In this document: piece after piece, positions 48,502 through 57,406 of the stretch | Position numbering within the stretch: position 1 is the stretch's first letter | Layout of the letters: each line of letters begins with the position of its first letter | Assembly: GCA_017983435.1 (NCBI GenBank) | Contig: JAGOBM010000001.1 | Coordinates: forward strand, 47,916-111,915 | Length of the DNA: 64,000 nucleotides | Source of the DNA: Candidatus Moraniibacteriota bacterium | Lineage (GTDB): Bacteria > Patescibacteriota > Minisyncoccia > Moranbacterales > UBA1568 | Direction: 5' to 3' | The notes under the pieces: generated by a model | What the model saw: the letters and a program-made list of their open reading frames with translations, nothing else | Database searches by the model: none | What the model was told of the DNA's origin: nothing | Position numbers and translations under genes: made by a program

Positions 48502-48546
48502 TTTGGCGTTAAAAAATTCGTTGTAAGTTAGGGATTACTAGGCAAT

Positions 48547-49368
48547 ATGCGTTTTTCTCAAAGAATAGGTAAATCTTCAATAAGGACAGAAATTCAAGTT
48601 GATTCGATGGATGATCGACTAAGGAACCGACTTTTTAATGTTGTGAAAGACTATATAGATCAACAATTGGCCTTCTGGGATGCGGGACGATATATTAAGC
48701 ATGATTTTATTGTTCAATATTGTGATTGTTTTGGTAAGTTACATAAGAGTGATGACTACGAAGATTTTTTTAAAGAATTATTCCAAAAAATATTTGTTAA
48801 TGAAGATATTTTTTTCTTTTATGATTTTATAGAATTTGTAGTTCGGCGGGGCGCACATAGTAAAGAAATTCTTATTCATGAATTCAATCGTATTTTTGAA
48901 GAAGAAAAATCAGCGTACAAACTTGATATTAGTGGGTCTTTAATACAAATTACAGATGATATTGAGCTTGAAGAGATTGATTTGGCAATAGCGAGTGCGA
49001 GCGAGTATAAGAGTGTACAAGAGCATTTGGAGAAGGCTAGGGGATTTTTCTCTAGCCGTGAAAATCCTGATTACAAGAAATCTATCGAAGAATCTGTTCA
49101 TGCTATAGAGGCAATGGCTAAAATAGTAGTAAAAGATAAAAATGCTATTTTGAGTGATGCGTTGAAGAAGATAAATGATTTGCACCCAGCTTTGAATCAG
49201 AGTTTGCAAAAGTTGTATGCCTTTGCCGGGGATGCAAGCGGTATTCGTCATAGTAACAAAGAGCCTGTTGATTCTGAAAAAGAACATTCTGTAGGAATTG
49301 GTGAGGCAAGAATGATTCTTGTTTTGAGTCACTCAATGATTAATTATTTGAAAGAGAAGTTTTTGTAA
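48547..49368 (+). CDS. Hypothetical protein, 273 aa, possibly AbiJ-N-terminal-like plus a HEPN-like C-terminus (ARMILVLSH, Rx6H).
   Basis: N-terminus MRFSQRIGKSSIR and the C-terminal Rx6H motif; weak manual similarity only. Confidence 0.45.
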   Translation: MRFSQRIGKSSIRTEIQVDSMDDRLRNRLFNVVKDYIDQQLAFWDAGRYIKHDFIVQYCDCFGKLHKSDDYEDFFKELFQKIFVNEDIFFFYDFIEFVVRRGAHSKEILIHEFNRIFEEEKSAYKLDISGSLIQITDDIELEEIDLAIASASEYKSVQEHLEKARGFFSSRENPDYKKSIEESVHAIEAMAKIVVKDKNAILSDALKKINDLHPALNQSLQKLYAFAGDASGIRHSNKEPVDSEKEHSVGIGEARMILVLSHSMINYLKEKFL

Positions 49369-49652
49369 TGAAAAAGAATGATAAGAGAGAATTGAATCGA
49401 GGATTTGGGCTTACTATTATAGGGGCCTTGCTTGGATTTTTCATAAGCGTGACAGCATCGGGAGTGTTTGAAATTTCAATGCATGGCCGGTCTGGTCGGG
49501 CAGGCTGGATTACTCTTTGTTATGGTGTAGTCTCTTTGTTTCTGATTTCGTTATTTTCGTACCGTATAGAAAATTTAGATCGGGTAAAAAACATGTCCGA
49601 TGGAGAAATTTTTAAAGATTATTTGAAAACCGTGCTTCATTTTAAGAAATAG
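49368..49652 (+). CDS. Small two-TM membrane protein, 94 aa; its ATG overlaps the upstream TAA.
   Basis: TAATG overlap; two hydrophobic helices. Confidence 0.4.
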   Translation: MKKNDKRELNRGFGLTIIGALLGFFISVTASGVFEISMHGRSGRAGWITLCYGVVSLFLISLFSYRIENLDRVKNMSDGEIFKDYLKTVLHFKK

Positions 49653-49670
49653 TTACGTAACTGATTACGT
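49651..49670. repeat. Right 20-bp direct repeat AGTTACGTAACTGATTACGT.
   Basis: Identical to 40922..40941. Confidence 0.85.
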
Positions 49671-49678
49671 AAACCGGT

Positions 49679-50074
49679 ATGCAAGCCTGCGAGACGGTCG
49701 GGGAATATATGGAGGGGCTGCCTGAGGGAGTGCGGGCGGAGTTCACTCTGCTCTGGCAGACAGTCCGGGAGCTGGTACCAGGGGGCGAGGAAGTGATCCG
49801 CTACGGGATGCCGACTATGCGGGTGGTGGGGAAGAATCTCGTCCACTGCGCCGTCATGAAAGAGCATTTCGGATTCTATCCGACCCCTTCGGGCGTGAAG
49901 GCATTTGAGAGCGAGCTTCTTGGGAAATATCGGTATTCCGAGGGTGCTATCCAGTTTCCGTTCGGCGAGCGGCTGCCGCTCCCGCTTGTCCGCAAGATCG
50001 TGCGCTTCCGCCTCTCCGAAGAATCTTCCCTCCCAGAATCCCTCGAAATCCCACCCTCCAAAAAAGTAACATAA
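49679..50074 (+). CDS. DUF1801/YdhG-like protein.
   Basis: Pattern HCAVMKEHFGFYPTPSGVKAFESELL; 131 aa. Confidence 0.55.
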   Translation: MQACETVGEYMEGLPEGVRAEFTLLWQTVRELVPGGEEVIRYGMPTMRVVGKNLVHCAVMKEHFGFYPTPSGVKAFESELLGKYRYSEGAIQFPFGERLPLPLVRKIVRFRLSEESSLPESLEIPPSKKVT

Positions 50075-50075
50075 T

Positions 50076-50097
50076 TATACGGCCGTGGAATTATGTT
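50076..50097. promoter_or_regulatory. Palindromic element TAATTATACGGCCGTGGAATTATG upstream of the PaaX-like gene; a related copy lies downstream of it.
   Basis: The arm CGTGGAATTATG is shared with 50759..50783. Confidence 0.4.
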
Positions 50098-50154
50098 ACA
50101 ATATAAAAAAGAGAAGATGTATTTTTCGGATACGATATAAGGTGCAGAAGATGT

Positions 50155-50760
50155 ATGTATAAGTTCGGCCCGGTTCAACAGAAGCTCCTCCTCCTGCTTG
50201 TCGCTGGAATCGGGTTGGGATTGGAGACTTCCTCTATCCGCTATTATCAGAAGCTCGGAGCGATAGTGAGGGAATGGAAACGTATCGATCAGCGAAGTAT
50301 CAAGCGTTCCGTAAGGCGCTTGTGCAGTGAGAAGCTGGTCAGGGAAATCATCCAGCCTGATGGATCATTCAAGCTCGTGCTTACGGAGGAGGGGAAGAGG
50401 CAGGCTCGCATCCAATTTCTTTTCGACAATTCGATCCGTTTCAAGAATTCGAGGCGATGGGATAAGAAATGGCGTATCGTCATGTTTGATATCCCGGAAA
50501 AGGAGAGAGGATTCCGCGATATTCTGCGCGAGCATCTGCGTGAATTGAATTTTTATAAGCTGCAGCAGAGTGTCTTCGCTTCCCCGAATCCGTGCGAGAA
50601 GCAGATAGCGGAACTGGTATCGTTGTATAGAGCGGAATCGTTGGTGCGTGTAATGACAGTCGATTGGATCGATAACGAGAAGAAGCTCAGGGATTATTTT
50701 TTTGGCCAGAAATCTTCCCGGAAAATTACTCAGAAAACCGAATATGAAACGGTATCATAA
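50155..50760 (+). CDS. PaaX-like transcriptional regulator: N-terminal wHTH plus a C-terminal PaaX_C-like domain.
   Basis: WDKKWRIVMFDIPEKERGFRDILREHLRELNFYKLQQSVFASP resembles the PaaX C-terminal signature. Confidence 0.45.
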   Translation: MYKFGPVQQKLLLLLVAGIGLGLETSSIRYYQKLGAIVREWKRIDQRSIKRSVRRLCSEKLVREIIQPDGSFKLVLTEEGKRQARIQFLFDNSIRFKNSRRWDKKWRIVMFDIPEKERGFRDILREHLRELNFYKLQQSVFASPNPCEKQIAELVSLYRAESLVRVMTVDWIDNEKKLRDYFFGQKSSRKITQKTEYETVS

Positions 50761-50783
50761 TTCCACGGTCGTGGAATTATGAT
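50759..50783. promoter_or_regulatory. Perfect palindrome AATTCCACGGTCGTGGAATT (20 bp) overlapping the stop of the PaaX-like gene.
   Basis: Seen directly; related to the upstream copy. Confidence 0.4.
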
Positions 50784-50986
50784 ACTTTTAAAAATGCGGG
50801 ATTATTCTTAATGGGGACAGATATGGAAAAATCCTACCAGCAGTGCCAGTCGTGCAGCAGATCCCGAAGAGCTGGTAAGATAGGCTGATCCGGAGCGGTA
50901 AGTAGATCGAATCAGGGGCTTGACTTCCGGGTGTATACTGGAAGAGTCAATGAGGGGGGGTGTAATTCGTAACGCAGAACATGCTT

Positions 50987-51214
50987 ATGGAAACTACGCC
51001 AGTGAGACGTCTGTATCGGAGCGCTACGGAGCGGGTCTGCGCGGGAGTGTGCGGCGGTCTGGGGGAATACTGGGCGATCGACCCGGTCGTGCTGCGGCTC
51101 TTGTGGACATTTATCACGGTCTTTACCGGGTTTGCGCCCGGCATCATCGTCTATATCCTCGCGGTCTTCATCATCCCAGTGAAGCCTCTGGAACTGCCAG
51201 TTGCTCATCAATAA
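50987..51214 (+). CDS. PspC-domain membrane protein.
   Basis: LYRSATERVCAGVCGGLGEYWAIDPVVLRLLW PspC signature followed by a TM helix. Confidence 0.7.
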   Translation: METTPVRRLYRSATERVCAGVCGGLGEYWAIDPVVLRLLWTFITVFTGFAPGIIVYILAVFIIPVKPLELPVAHQ

Positions 51215-51425
51215 TTTTTAACAGGACGAGTATGGATAAGATCAAAATCGAGAATCATGCGTGCTCAGGCGGCATATGGATAGTGGCCTGGATGTTCACC
51301 GTCGGATTCTTGCAGCTGACATTCTGGCAGGGAGTGCAGGCGATCGTCATCTGGCCGTACTATCTCGGCGATGCTGTCCGTCCGATGTTTTTCGAGTAGA
51401 TCAGGAACTTTTCCGTGGGGTGCTT

Positions 51426-51731
51426 ATGCCAAAAGATATATTCAAAATACAGGCAGCAGTATGGCTGTATCCGGGGGAGAATGCCAACTGGCATTTTGTA
51501 AATGTATCGAAAGAGGTATCAGCTGAGATCCGAGAGCGTTTCGGGGGGAAATCGAGAGGGTGGGGATCCTTGCCGGTGACGGTGACTCTCGGTCAGACGA
51601 CTTGGGATACTTCGATTTTTCCCGATAAGAAATCCGCTACCTATCTCCTGCCGCTCAAGGCGGCGGTGCGAACCAAGGAGACGGTTCGGGCTGGTGACAG
51701 CGTATCCTTATCGATACGGATCCGCGCCTAA
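51426..51731 (+). CDS. DUF1905-family small protein.
   Basis: GSLPVTVTLGQTTWDTSIFP pattern; 101 aa. Confidence 0.5.
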   Translation: MPKDIFKIQAAVWLYPGENANWHFVNVSKEVSAEIRERFGGKSRGWGSLPVTVTLGQTTWDTSIFPDKKSATYLLPLKAAVRTKETVRAGDSVSLSIRIRA

Positions 51732-51873
51732 GGTGTCTTTTTTTTGGTCTTCAAATCCCATCCCTTCCACTACGGAAGGGGTTTTTGATATATCATTTGA
51801 CGGTTTTTCCGTATCTTCCTATACTGTATGCAGATGGTAGTGTAAGTCTGGTAAACAAACTTTCATACGTCGT

Positions 51874-52722
51874 ATGGAGAAAGAAATCATATCGCGTCTG
51901 CATAAGCACTTCGAAGAATACGCCCATGACCGGGATGGGGTGGAGTTCTGGTATGCTCGGGAGCTCCAGGATTTGCTTGGATATGATGAGTGGCGGAATT
52001 TTGAAGGGGTTATTGATAAGGCGAAGATAGCCTGTAGAATGGCTCAACAGAAAGATTCTGATCATTTTGTTGACGCCAACAAAACGATACCGATGCCGAA
52101 AGGCGCCAGCAAGGAAGTACTGGATATCATGCTGACGCGCTACGCCTGCTATCTCATCGCCCAGAATGGCGATCCGCGCAAGGATGAGATCGCTTTTGCA
52201 ATGACGTATTTTGCCATCCAGACCCGCAAGCAGGAGGTGGTCGAACAGCGGCTGGCCGAGTGGGAGCGGCTGTACGCGCGGGAGAAGCTGACACTTTCGG
52301 AAAAGGAACTCTCCGGCGTGCTGTACGAGCGCGGTGTCGACAGCCATGGATTCGCGCGTATCCGAAGTCGTGGGGATCAGGCTCTATTCGGTGGGAGCAC
52401 GACGCAGGAGATGAAGTTCAAGCTGCGGGTGCCATCGACTCGCGCCTTGGCGGATTTCCTCCCTGCAGTGACGATCAAGGCCAAGGATCTGGCTACGGAG
52501 ATCACCAATCACAATATCAAGCAGGACGGGACGCTCCGAGGGGAGCCGATCATCGCAAGTGAGCACGTGAAGAACAATCGGAATATGCGCGAGATGCTCG
52601 TCAAAAGCGGTATCTATCCGGAAGCGCTCCCGGCAGAAGAGGATATCCAGAAGCTGGGGCGTCGGCTGAAATCCGAAGGCAAGAAGCTGTCGAAACAGGT
52701 GAAGGTATTGAAGAAAAAATAA
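51874..52722 (+). CDS. dinD: DNA-damage-inducible protein D.
   Basis: Strong similarity to the remembered E. coli DinD sequence: EFWYARELQDLLGYDEWRNFEGV and MLTRYACYLIAQNGDP. Confidence 0.8.
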   Translation: MEKEIISRLHKHFEEYAHDRDGVEFWYARELQDLLGYDEWRNFEGVIDKAKIACRMAQQKDSDHFVDANKTIPMPKGASKEVLDIMLTRYACYLIAQNGDPRKDEIAFAMTYFAIQTRKQEVVEQRLAEWERLYAREKLTLSEKELSGVLYERGVDSHGFARIRSRGDQALFGGSTTQEMKFKLRVPSTRALADFLPAVTIKAKDLATEITNHNIKQDGTLRGEPIIASEHVKNNRNMREMLVKSGIYPEALPAEEDIQKLGRRLKSEGKKLSKQVKVLKKK

Positions 52723-52745
52723 TTTGTCGGGTTAAGCAGAAGAAT

Positions 52746-53396
52746 ATGGAAATTCTGACACAGAAGCAGAAGATCGTGCTGCAAGCTATCAAGCAGTTCC
52801 TCGCCGAGCATGGCAAGATGCCGACGGTGCGGGAGATCAAAGAAGAGAGCTCACGGCTCGGGTTGCAGCTCAAGAGCTTGCGCAGCTTCTTCATCTATCT
52901 CAATGCGCTTGAGGAGAAGGGGTATATCGAGCGGACCTCCGAAGATCGGGGGATACTGCTCAAGGGGGTGACGAGCGAGAATTTCGTCCAAGTGCCGGTT
53001 TTCGGATCGGCGAGCGCCGGCGCGGCGGCGATGTTTGCGGATCAGTATGTCGAGGGGTATCTCCGGGTCTCCAAGCGTCTGGTGAAAGATCGGAATATCT
53101 TCGCCGTGCAAGTCAACGGCACGTCGATGAACAAAGCAGTGGTCAATGGCAAGACCATCGAGAGCGGCGATTTCGTCCTGGTGGATGGCAGCTCTCGGGA
53201 ATACAAGAACAACGATCGGGTGCTGGTGGTGATCGACGGCTTGGCGACGGTGAAGACCTATCGGACCGTGGACGGCAAGACGATCGCGCTCGTACCGGAA
53301 TCGACCGACAAGAAGCATCAGCCGATCTTCCTCTCGGACGATGACAATTTCGTCATCAACGGTCTCGTGGTGAATGTACTCAAGCTGCCGAAATAA
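52746..53396 (+). CDS. lexA: LexA repressor (S24 peptidase).
   Basis: N-terminal wHTH, cleavage-site region VPVFGSASAGAA, and Ser/Lys dyad NGTSM...K. Confidence 0.85.
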   Translation: MEILTQKQKIVLQAIKQFLAEHGKMPTVREIKEESSRLGLQLKSLRSFFIYLNALEEKGYIERTSEDRGILLKGVTSENFVQVPVFGSASAGAAAMFADQYVEGYLRVSKRLVKDRNIFAVQVNGTSMNKAVVNGKTIESGDFVLVDGSSREYKNNDRVLVVIDGLATVKTYRTVDGKTIALVPESTDKKHQPIFLSDDDNFVINGLVVNVLKLPK

Positions 53397-53404
53397 TTTT
53401 TTTT

Positions 53405-53953
53405 ATGTACGTTTTTATCGATGAATCCGGTACGAACAAAGGAAGCGGATACTCGGCTTTTGCATTGGTCTATATAGCGGTGGACGATTATAGGATTTTT
53501 GATCGTGCCGTGATAGAAATCGAAAAGACTCTCGGGATCGAGAGTTTCCATTGGGCTAAGAATGCTCCACTAGTCCGGGCGAAGTTTTTTGAAGGTATGA
53601 TGAAACTTGATTTCAAATCGAAGATTGCGATTGTGCGTAATCCGTCGCTGCCTGACAGCGAGATGGAGCGTCTCTTGCCCCATATGCTGATAGAAAAAAA
53701 TATCCGATCGATTGTTTTGGATGGGAAAAAACCGAAGTGGTATCAGAAAAAACTCAAAAAGATATTGCGCGATCGGGGTGTTACGACGAAAAAGTTGAAG
53801 ATAGAAAATGATAGGAGTTCCGGGGGTATTCGTGCAGCGGATGCGATAGCGGGTTTGGCGCGGGCTTACTATGATGGGAAGGGCGGATCCGTAGTCCGGG
53901 AGCGGTTCGAACAGCTCAAACGAAAGAAGAAGATAATGCTTATTTTAGAATAA
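53405..53953 (+). CDS. DUF3800-family protein.
   Basis: N-terminal MYVFIDESGT motif. Confidence 0.6.
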   Translation: MYVFIDESGTNKGSGYSAFALVYIAVDDYRIFDRAVIEIEKTLGIESFHWAKNAPLVRAKFFEGMMKLDFKSKIAIVRNPSLPDSEMERLLPHMLIEKNIRSIVLDGKKPKWYQKKLKKILRDRGVTTKKLKIENDRSSGGIRAADAIAGLARAYYDGKGGSVVRERFEQLKRKKKIMLILE

Positions 53954-54189
53954 TAAGTATTCGCCTTAGAGCCTGCCTACGACGATTCGTGTAGCGATTC
54001 AGATTGGCCAGTTCTGGACACTGGAGTGATGTTTCGTCGGGTAATAAACAAAAACCCCAGCTTACGCCGAGGTCAGGGTGTCCGCTAGCCTTTCGGCTCT
54101 CCCTCTGGGATTTGTCGCGGAACCCTCGTTGGTACTTCTATAGTATACTGGACGTGAAGTTGTGTCAAAGATCTAACGGGAATGCGCTT

Positions 54190-54525
54190 ATGGCGACGAA
54201 GCTCTCGACTATCGAATACATAGAAGATCAGCTGGCGGATGTGCCGGGCGTGCGGTCGCGCAAGATGTTTGGCGAGTATGCGCTCTATGTCGGAGACAAA
54301 GTCGTGGCGCTCATCTGCGACGATACGCTCTATGTGAAGATCACTGATGCGGGCAGGGAGTATGTCGGAGAGCGCTACGAGGAGGGCATCGCCTATCCTG
54401 GAGCCAAGCCGTCGATACGAATCGATGATGACAGCCTGGAAGATCGTGAGTGGTTGGCGACGCTGATCCGTATCACCGCTGATGTGCTTCCAGATCCCAA
54501 GCCGAAAAAAAAGCGCCGCTCATGA
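54190..54525 (+). CDS. TfoX/Sxy N-terminal-domain protein (competence-regulator-like).
   Basis: RKMFGEYALYVGDKVVALICDDTLYVKI. Confidence 0.6.
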   Translation: MATKLSTIEYIEDQLADVPGVRSRKMFGEYALYVGDKVVALICDDTLYVKITDAGREYVGERYEEGIAYPGAKPSIRIDDDSLEDREWLATLIRITADVLPDPKPKKKRRS

Positions 54526-54639
54526 CATGAACTGAAATCCATCGTATTGGTCGGCAATCCGATAAGGAACGCTGGCATGGTACAATAGGTACTGCTGAGA
54601 TTTGGAAGCGGCACTCGGTATATCAATTAAAAGAATAGT

Positions 54640-55062
54640 ATGGGAAAAATCATTGTGGTAGCGGTAATAATCGGTTTGGGCGCGTATGTCTTCATGCAAA
54701 AGACAGCGGCCCCGGCATCTGATATGACAGAGTCATCGCGATCAGGTGCGGCGTCTGAGCAGGCCGCCAGCGGTCCGGTCAAGGAGTTCTCCATGACGGC
54801 GTATTACGATGCGCAGGGGAAGTGGTATTCTCTCAAGGATATTTCGGTCAAGAAAGGCGATCGCGTGCGGATCAAGGTGACCAATACGGCCGGCATGCAT
54901 GATTTTGTGCTGGATGAATTCGGCGTGAAGCAGGAATTACCATTGAATCAGGAAATGGTCATCGATTTCGTGGCCGATAAGGTGGGGGCGTTTCAGTACT
55001 ATTGTTCCAAACCGGGTCACCGGGCTGGCGGGCAGTGGGGTACACTTACCGTATCTGAGTAG
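54640..55062 (+). CDS. Membrane-anchored cupredoxin-like (blue-copper-like) protein.
   Basis: GMHDF ... YYCSKPGH ligand-like spacing; N-terminal TM. Confidence 0.55.
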   Translation: MGKIIVVAVIIGLGAYVFMQKTAAPASDMTESSRSGAASEQAASGPVKEFSMTAYYDAQGKWYSLKDISVKKGDRVRIKVTNTAGMHDFVLDEFGVKQELPLNQEMVIDFVADKVGAFQYYCSKPGHRAGGQWGTLTVSE

Positions 55063-55140
55063 TCCTGAGTGCAGAGGAAAGGCCGCCGACGATCGGACGG
55101 CTTTTTTCGAGACCGATAGACATATATTGAGAAACAAGAT

Positions 55141-55875
55141 ATGACGAATGACACTCTTCTTTTCCTCGATACCGAGACGACCGGGACCGGACCGGATGAT
55201 CGGCTGTGCCAGGTGGCGTACAGCTTCGCGGGCCGGGAGGCTGAGGCGCTCTTCAAGCCGTCGGTACCGATCAGCGTCGATGCCATGAGCGTGACGCATA
55301 TCACGAACCGCATGGTCGAGCACTGTGAGACGTTTGCCGGATCGACGATGCGGCAGGAGCTCGAGCACATCCTGGCTGGCGGAGCGATACTCGTGGCGCA
55401 CAATGCCAAGTTCGATATCGAGATGCTTCGGCACGAAGGGCTCTCGGTGACTGCCTCGATCGATACCTTCAAACTCTCGCACCATCTCGATGCGGCGGGG
55501 ACGGTACCACGGCACAATCTCCAGTATCTCCGCTACTATCATGACCTCGAGGTCGCTGATGCGACGGCGCACGATGCGCTCGGCGATGTCCGGGTTCTCC
55601 GTGCACTCTTCGATTTCTATGCCGACACGATGCTTGCCGTCTCGGGCGATGAAGCAGCCGTGCTCCGCGAGATGATCGAGGTTTCATCCCGTCCGATCCT
55701 CATGAAGAAATTCAATTTTGGAAAATACACCGGAGAAGAAGTGAAGAAAGTCGCCTTGGAGGATGCGAGCTATCTGACCTGGCTCCTCAATCAGAAAATC
55801 ATGACACGCGAGCAGGGCGGCGAGGATGATGAGAACTGGATCTATACTCTTGATCATTATCTGCCGAAGCCATGA
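55141..55875 (+). CDS. DnaQ-like 3'-5' exonuclease (DEDDh).
   Basis: Exo I FLDTETTG; Exo II and Exo III spacing with H...D. Confidence 0.8.
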   Translation: MTNDTLLFLDTETTGTGPDDRLCQVAYSFAGREAEALFKPSVPISVDAMSVTHITNRMVEHCETFAGSTMRQELEHILAGGAILVAHNAKFDIEMLRHEGLSVTASIDTFKLSHHLDAAGTVPRHNLQYLRYYHDLEVADATAHDALGDVRVLRALFDFYADTMLAVSGDEAAVLREMIEVSSRPILMKKFNFGKYTGEEVKKVALEDASYLTWLLNQKIMTREQGGEDDENWIYTLDHYLPKP

Positions 55876-56159
55876 TGGATTCCCTTGATCTCCTATTATG
55901 GTTGGCTGGTTTTTTCATCGCGATCAATGCGACGGCTTTCGGCATCATGCTCTGGGATAAGTCGCGATCGAAGCGTGCGGGAGCAGAGCGGATTTCTGAA
56001 GGGCTGCTCTTCTTCATGGCGGCGATGTTCGGCAGTATCGGAGTGTATGCGGGCATGTTTGCCTTCCGGCACAAGACGCGCAAGTGGTATTTCGTGATCG
56101 GTATTCCGGTACTCATCCTCGAGCAGGCCGCGCTCCTCTATCTGATATACTCGATGTGA
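55872..56159 (+). CDS. DUF1294 membrane protein.
   Basis: WDKSRSKRAGAERISEGLLFFMAAMFGSIGVYAGMFAFRHKTRKWYF. Confidence 0.6.
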   Translation: MMDSLDLLLWLAGFFIAINATAFGIMLWDKSRSKRAGAERISEGLLFFMAAMFGSIGVYAGMFAFRHKTRKWYFVIGIPVLILEQAALLYLIYSM

Positions 56160-56256
56160 ATCCGTCGATGATCCGTATGCAGATATCGGCTCTGGCGTCG
56201 GCGGATGAGCGGAGGGCGTATACTGAAGGAAGGAGAATTTTTTACACAAAAGAAGT

Positions 56257-56712
56257 ATGTCGAAACAGATACTGATCATTGTTCTCGTGATGCTCGCCGT
56301 AGCGCTCGCTGGCGGAGCGGCTTTTTGGAAGGGTGGTACGACTCTGGATGAATCAGTAATGCCGACAGCGAAGATAGTCCAGCCGGTGGAGCAGGCGGTG
56401 GATGATGCGGCTACTGCGTCTGAGACAGCAGCCGATCCGACACCGGCAGCCAAGCCCGGGGTGAAGCATGTCTCCATCACCATCTATGAGGATGCGGCGA
56501 GCGGAGAAGAGCTCGAGGTGGCTCTGGCTGATGATGAGAGTACGGTGACGCTCTCAGGTATCGGATTCAATCGGCTCGTGCTCGTATCGATCGCATCGGT
56601 ATCCGGATCCAAGTATGAGAATGCGGAGCAGAAGATAGTGTTCTGGGAGAAGGATGGTCATGCAGCGGTCTATCGCGGAGACAAGAAGATCTTCGCAGGG
56701 TCGATTCAGTAG
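56257..56712 (+). CDS. Hypothetical secreted or membrane-anchored protein.
   Basis: N-terminal TM; Ala/Glu-rich. Confidence 0.45.
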   Translation: MSKQILIIVLVMLAVALAGGAAFWKGGTTLDESVMPTAKIVQPVEQAVDDAATASETAADPTPAAKPGVKHVSITIYEDAASGEELEVALADDESTVTLSGIGFNRLVLVSIASVSGSKYENAEQKIVFWEKDGHAAVYRGDKKIFAGSIQ

Positions 56713-56955
56713 ATAGAGAGGCGGGTAATGGAGGGGAAAACTCTTGAGTCTTGACAGGGTTCTCGAATGCCGGTATATTGCTTTGGTCGGCTGAAATGCC
56801 GATTTTGCTTTTCGAGTCCATTCCGGACTCGGAGCAACATAGCCAGGAGATTACCAATGCAGAAGCAAACTCAGTAGGGTAACAGTCGTTCCGTCAAGTC
56901 CTTTCCGCACCGTCCGTCGACGCTCAGCATCTCTATCGGCTCCACGTCGATCCCG

Positions 56956-57186
56956 ATGTCTGCTGGCCAGGTCAAAAAGCTGGCTGGTAGTGACTGGACC
57001 CATTGCCACGGTACCGCCAGCGATGGCACCCCGGTCAACTCGCTGTCGATCGGTGATGCCGCCGACTCGCTCCTGATCCGTGATGGCTCCGGCAAGCTGC
57101 ACGCTTTCGATAAGAAGGAAATCGAAGTCGCGCTGCCGAAAATCGCCAAGCGTCTCGGTATGGATCCGGCCGTCTTCTCTGCCTAG
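56956..57186 (+). CDS. Small hypothetical protein.
   Basis: ORF only. Confidence 0.25.
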   Translation: MSAGQVKKLAGSDWTHCHGTASDGTPVNSLSIGDAADSLLIRDGSGKLHAFDKKEIEVALPKIAKRLGMDPAVFSA

Positions 57187-57355
57187 GCCTGAGCGCCTCC
57201 TCAGTGCTAGCACCGCATCCGCAGCGCTAGCATCATCCCCCGAACATCCATCGTGATGTTTCGGGGGATTTTTCTTAGTCATTCTTGATTGACCACTTCG
57301 GAGCAAAAGGAGTGAGGGGTATTGTCGTGCTAGGTGTCTTTTTCCGGTATATACG

Positions 57356-57390
57356 AAAACAGCCCTGACGTGAGTCAGGGCTGTGTTTCA
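57356..57390. terminator. Bidirectional intrinsic terminator CAGCCCTGACgtgaGTCAGGGCTG with flanking A-run and T-run.
   Basis: Seen directly downstream of cspA (minus strand). Confidence 0.7.
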
Positions 57391-57406
57391 TCTGTATCGA
57401 TCGCGA

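Larger units (their letters stand above)
40922..49670 (+). mobile_element. AT-rich genomic island of about 8.75 kb bounded by 20-bp direct repeats; carries a defence-like cassette and no recognisable integrase.
   Basis: Sharp drop in GC (roughly 35-40% by eye, versus roughly 60% in the flanks), 20-bp direct repeats at both borders, different codon usage, and restriction-modification-like cargo. Confidence 0.55.

Noticed and set aside
51780-51873. Possible LexA box (CTGTATGCAG) upstream of dinD
   Set aside because: It is not a proper CTGT-N8-ACAG or GAAC-N4-GTTC palindrome; without a genome-wide motif it is unsupported.
54040-54140. GC-rich structured segment upstream of the tfoX-N gene, considered as an SRP-RNA-like element because of GAGGUCAGGGUG
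   Set aside because: It lacks the conserved SRP domain-IV 3' strand (GGAAGCAGC) and matches no RNA family I can verify; more likely a 5' UTR or terminator structure.
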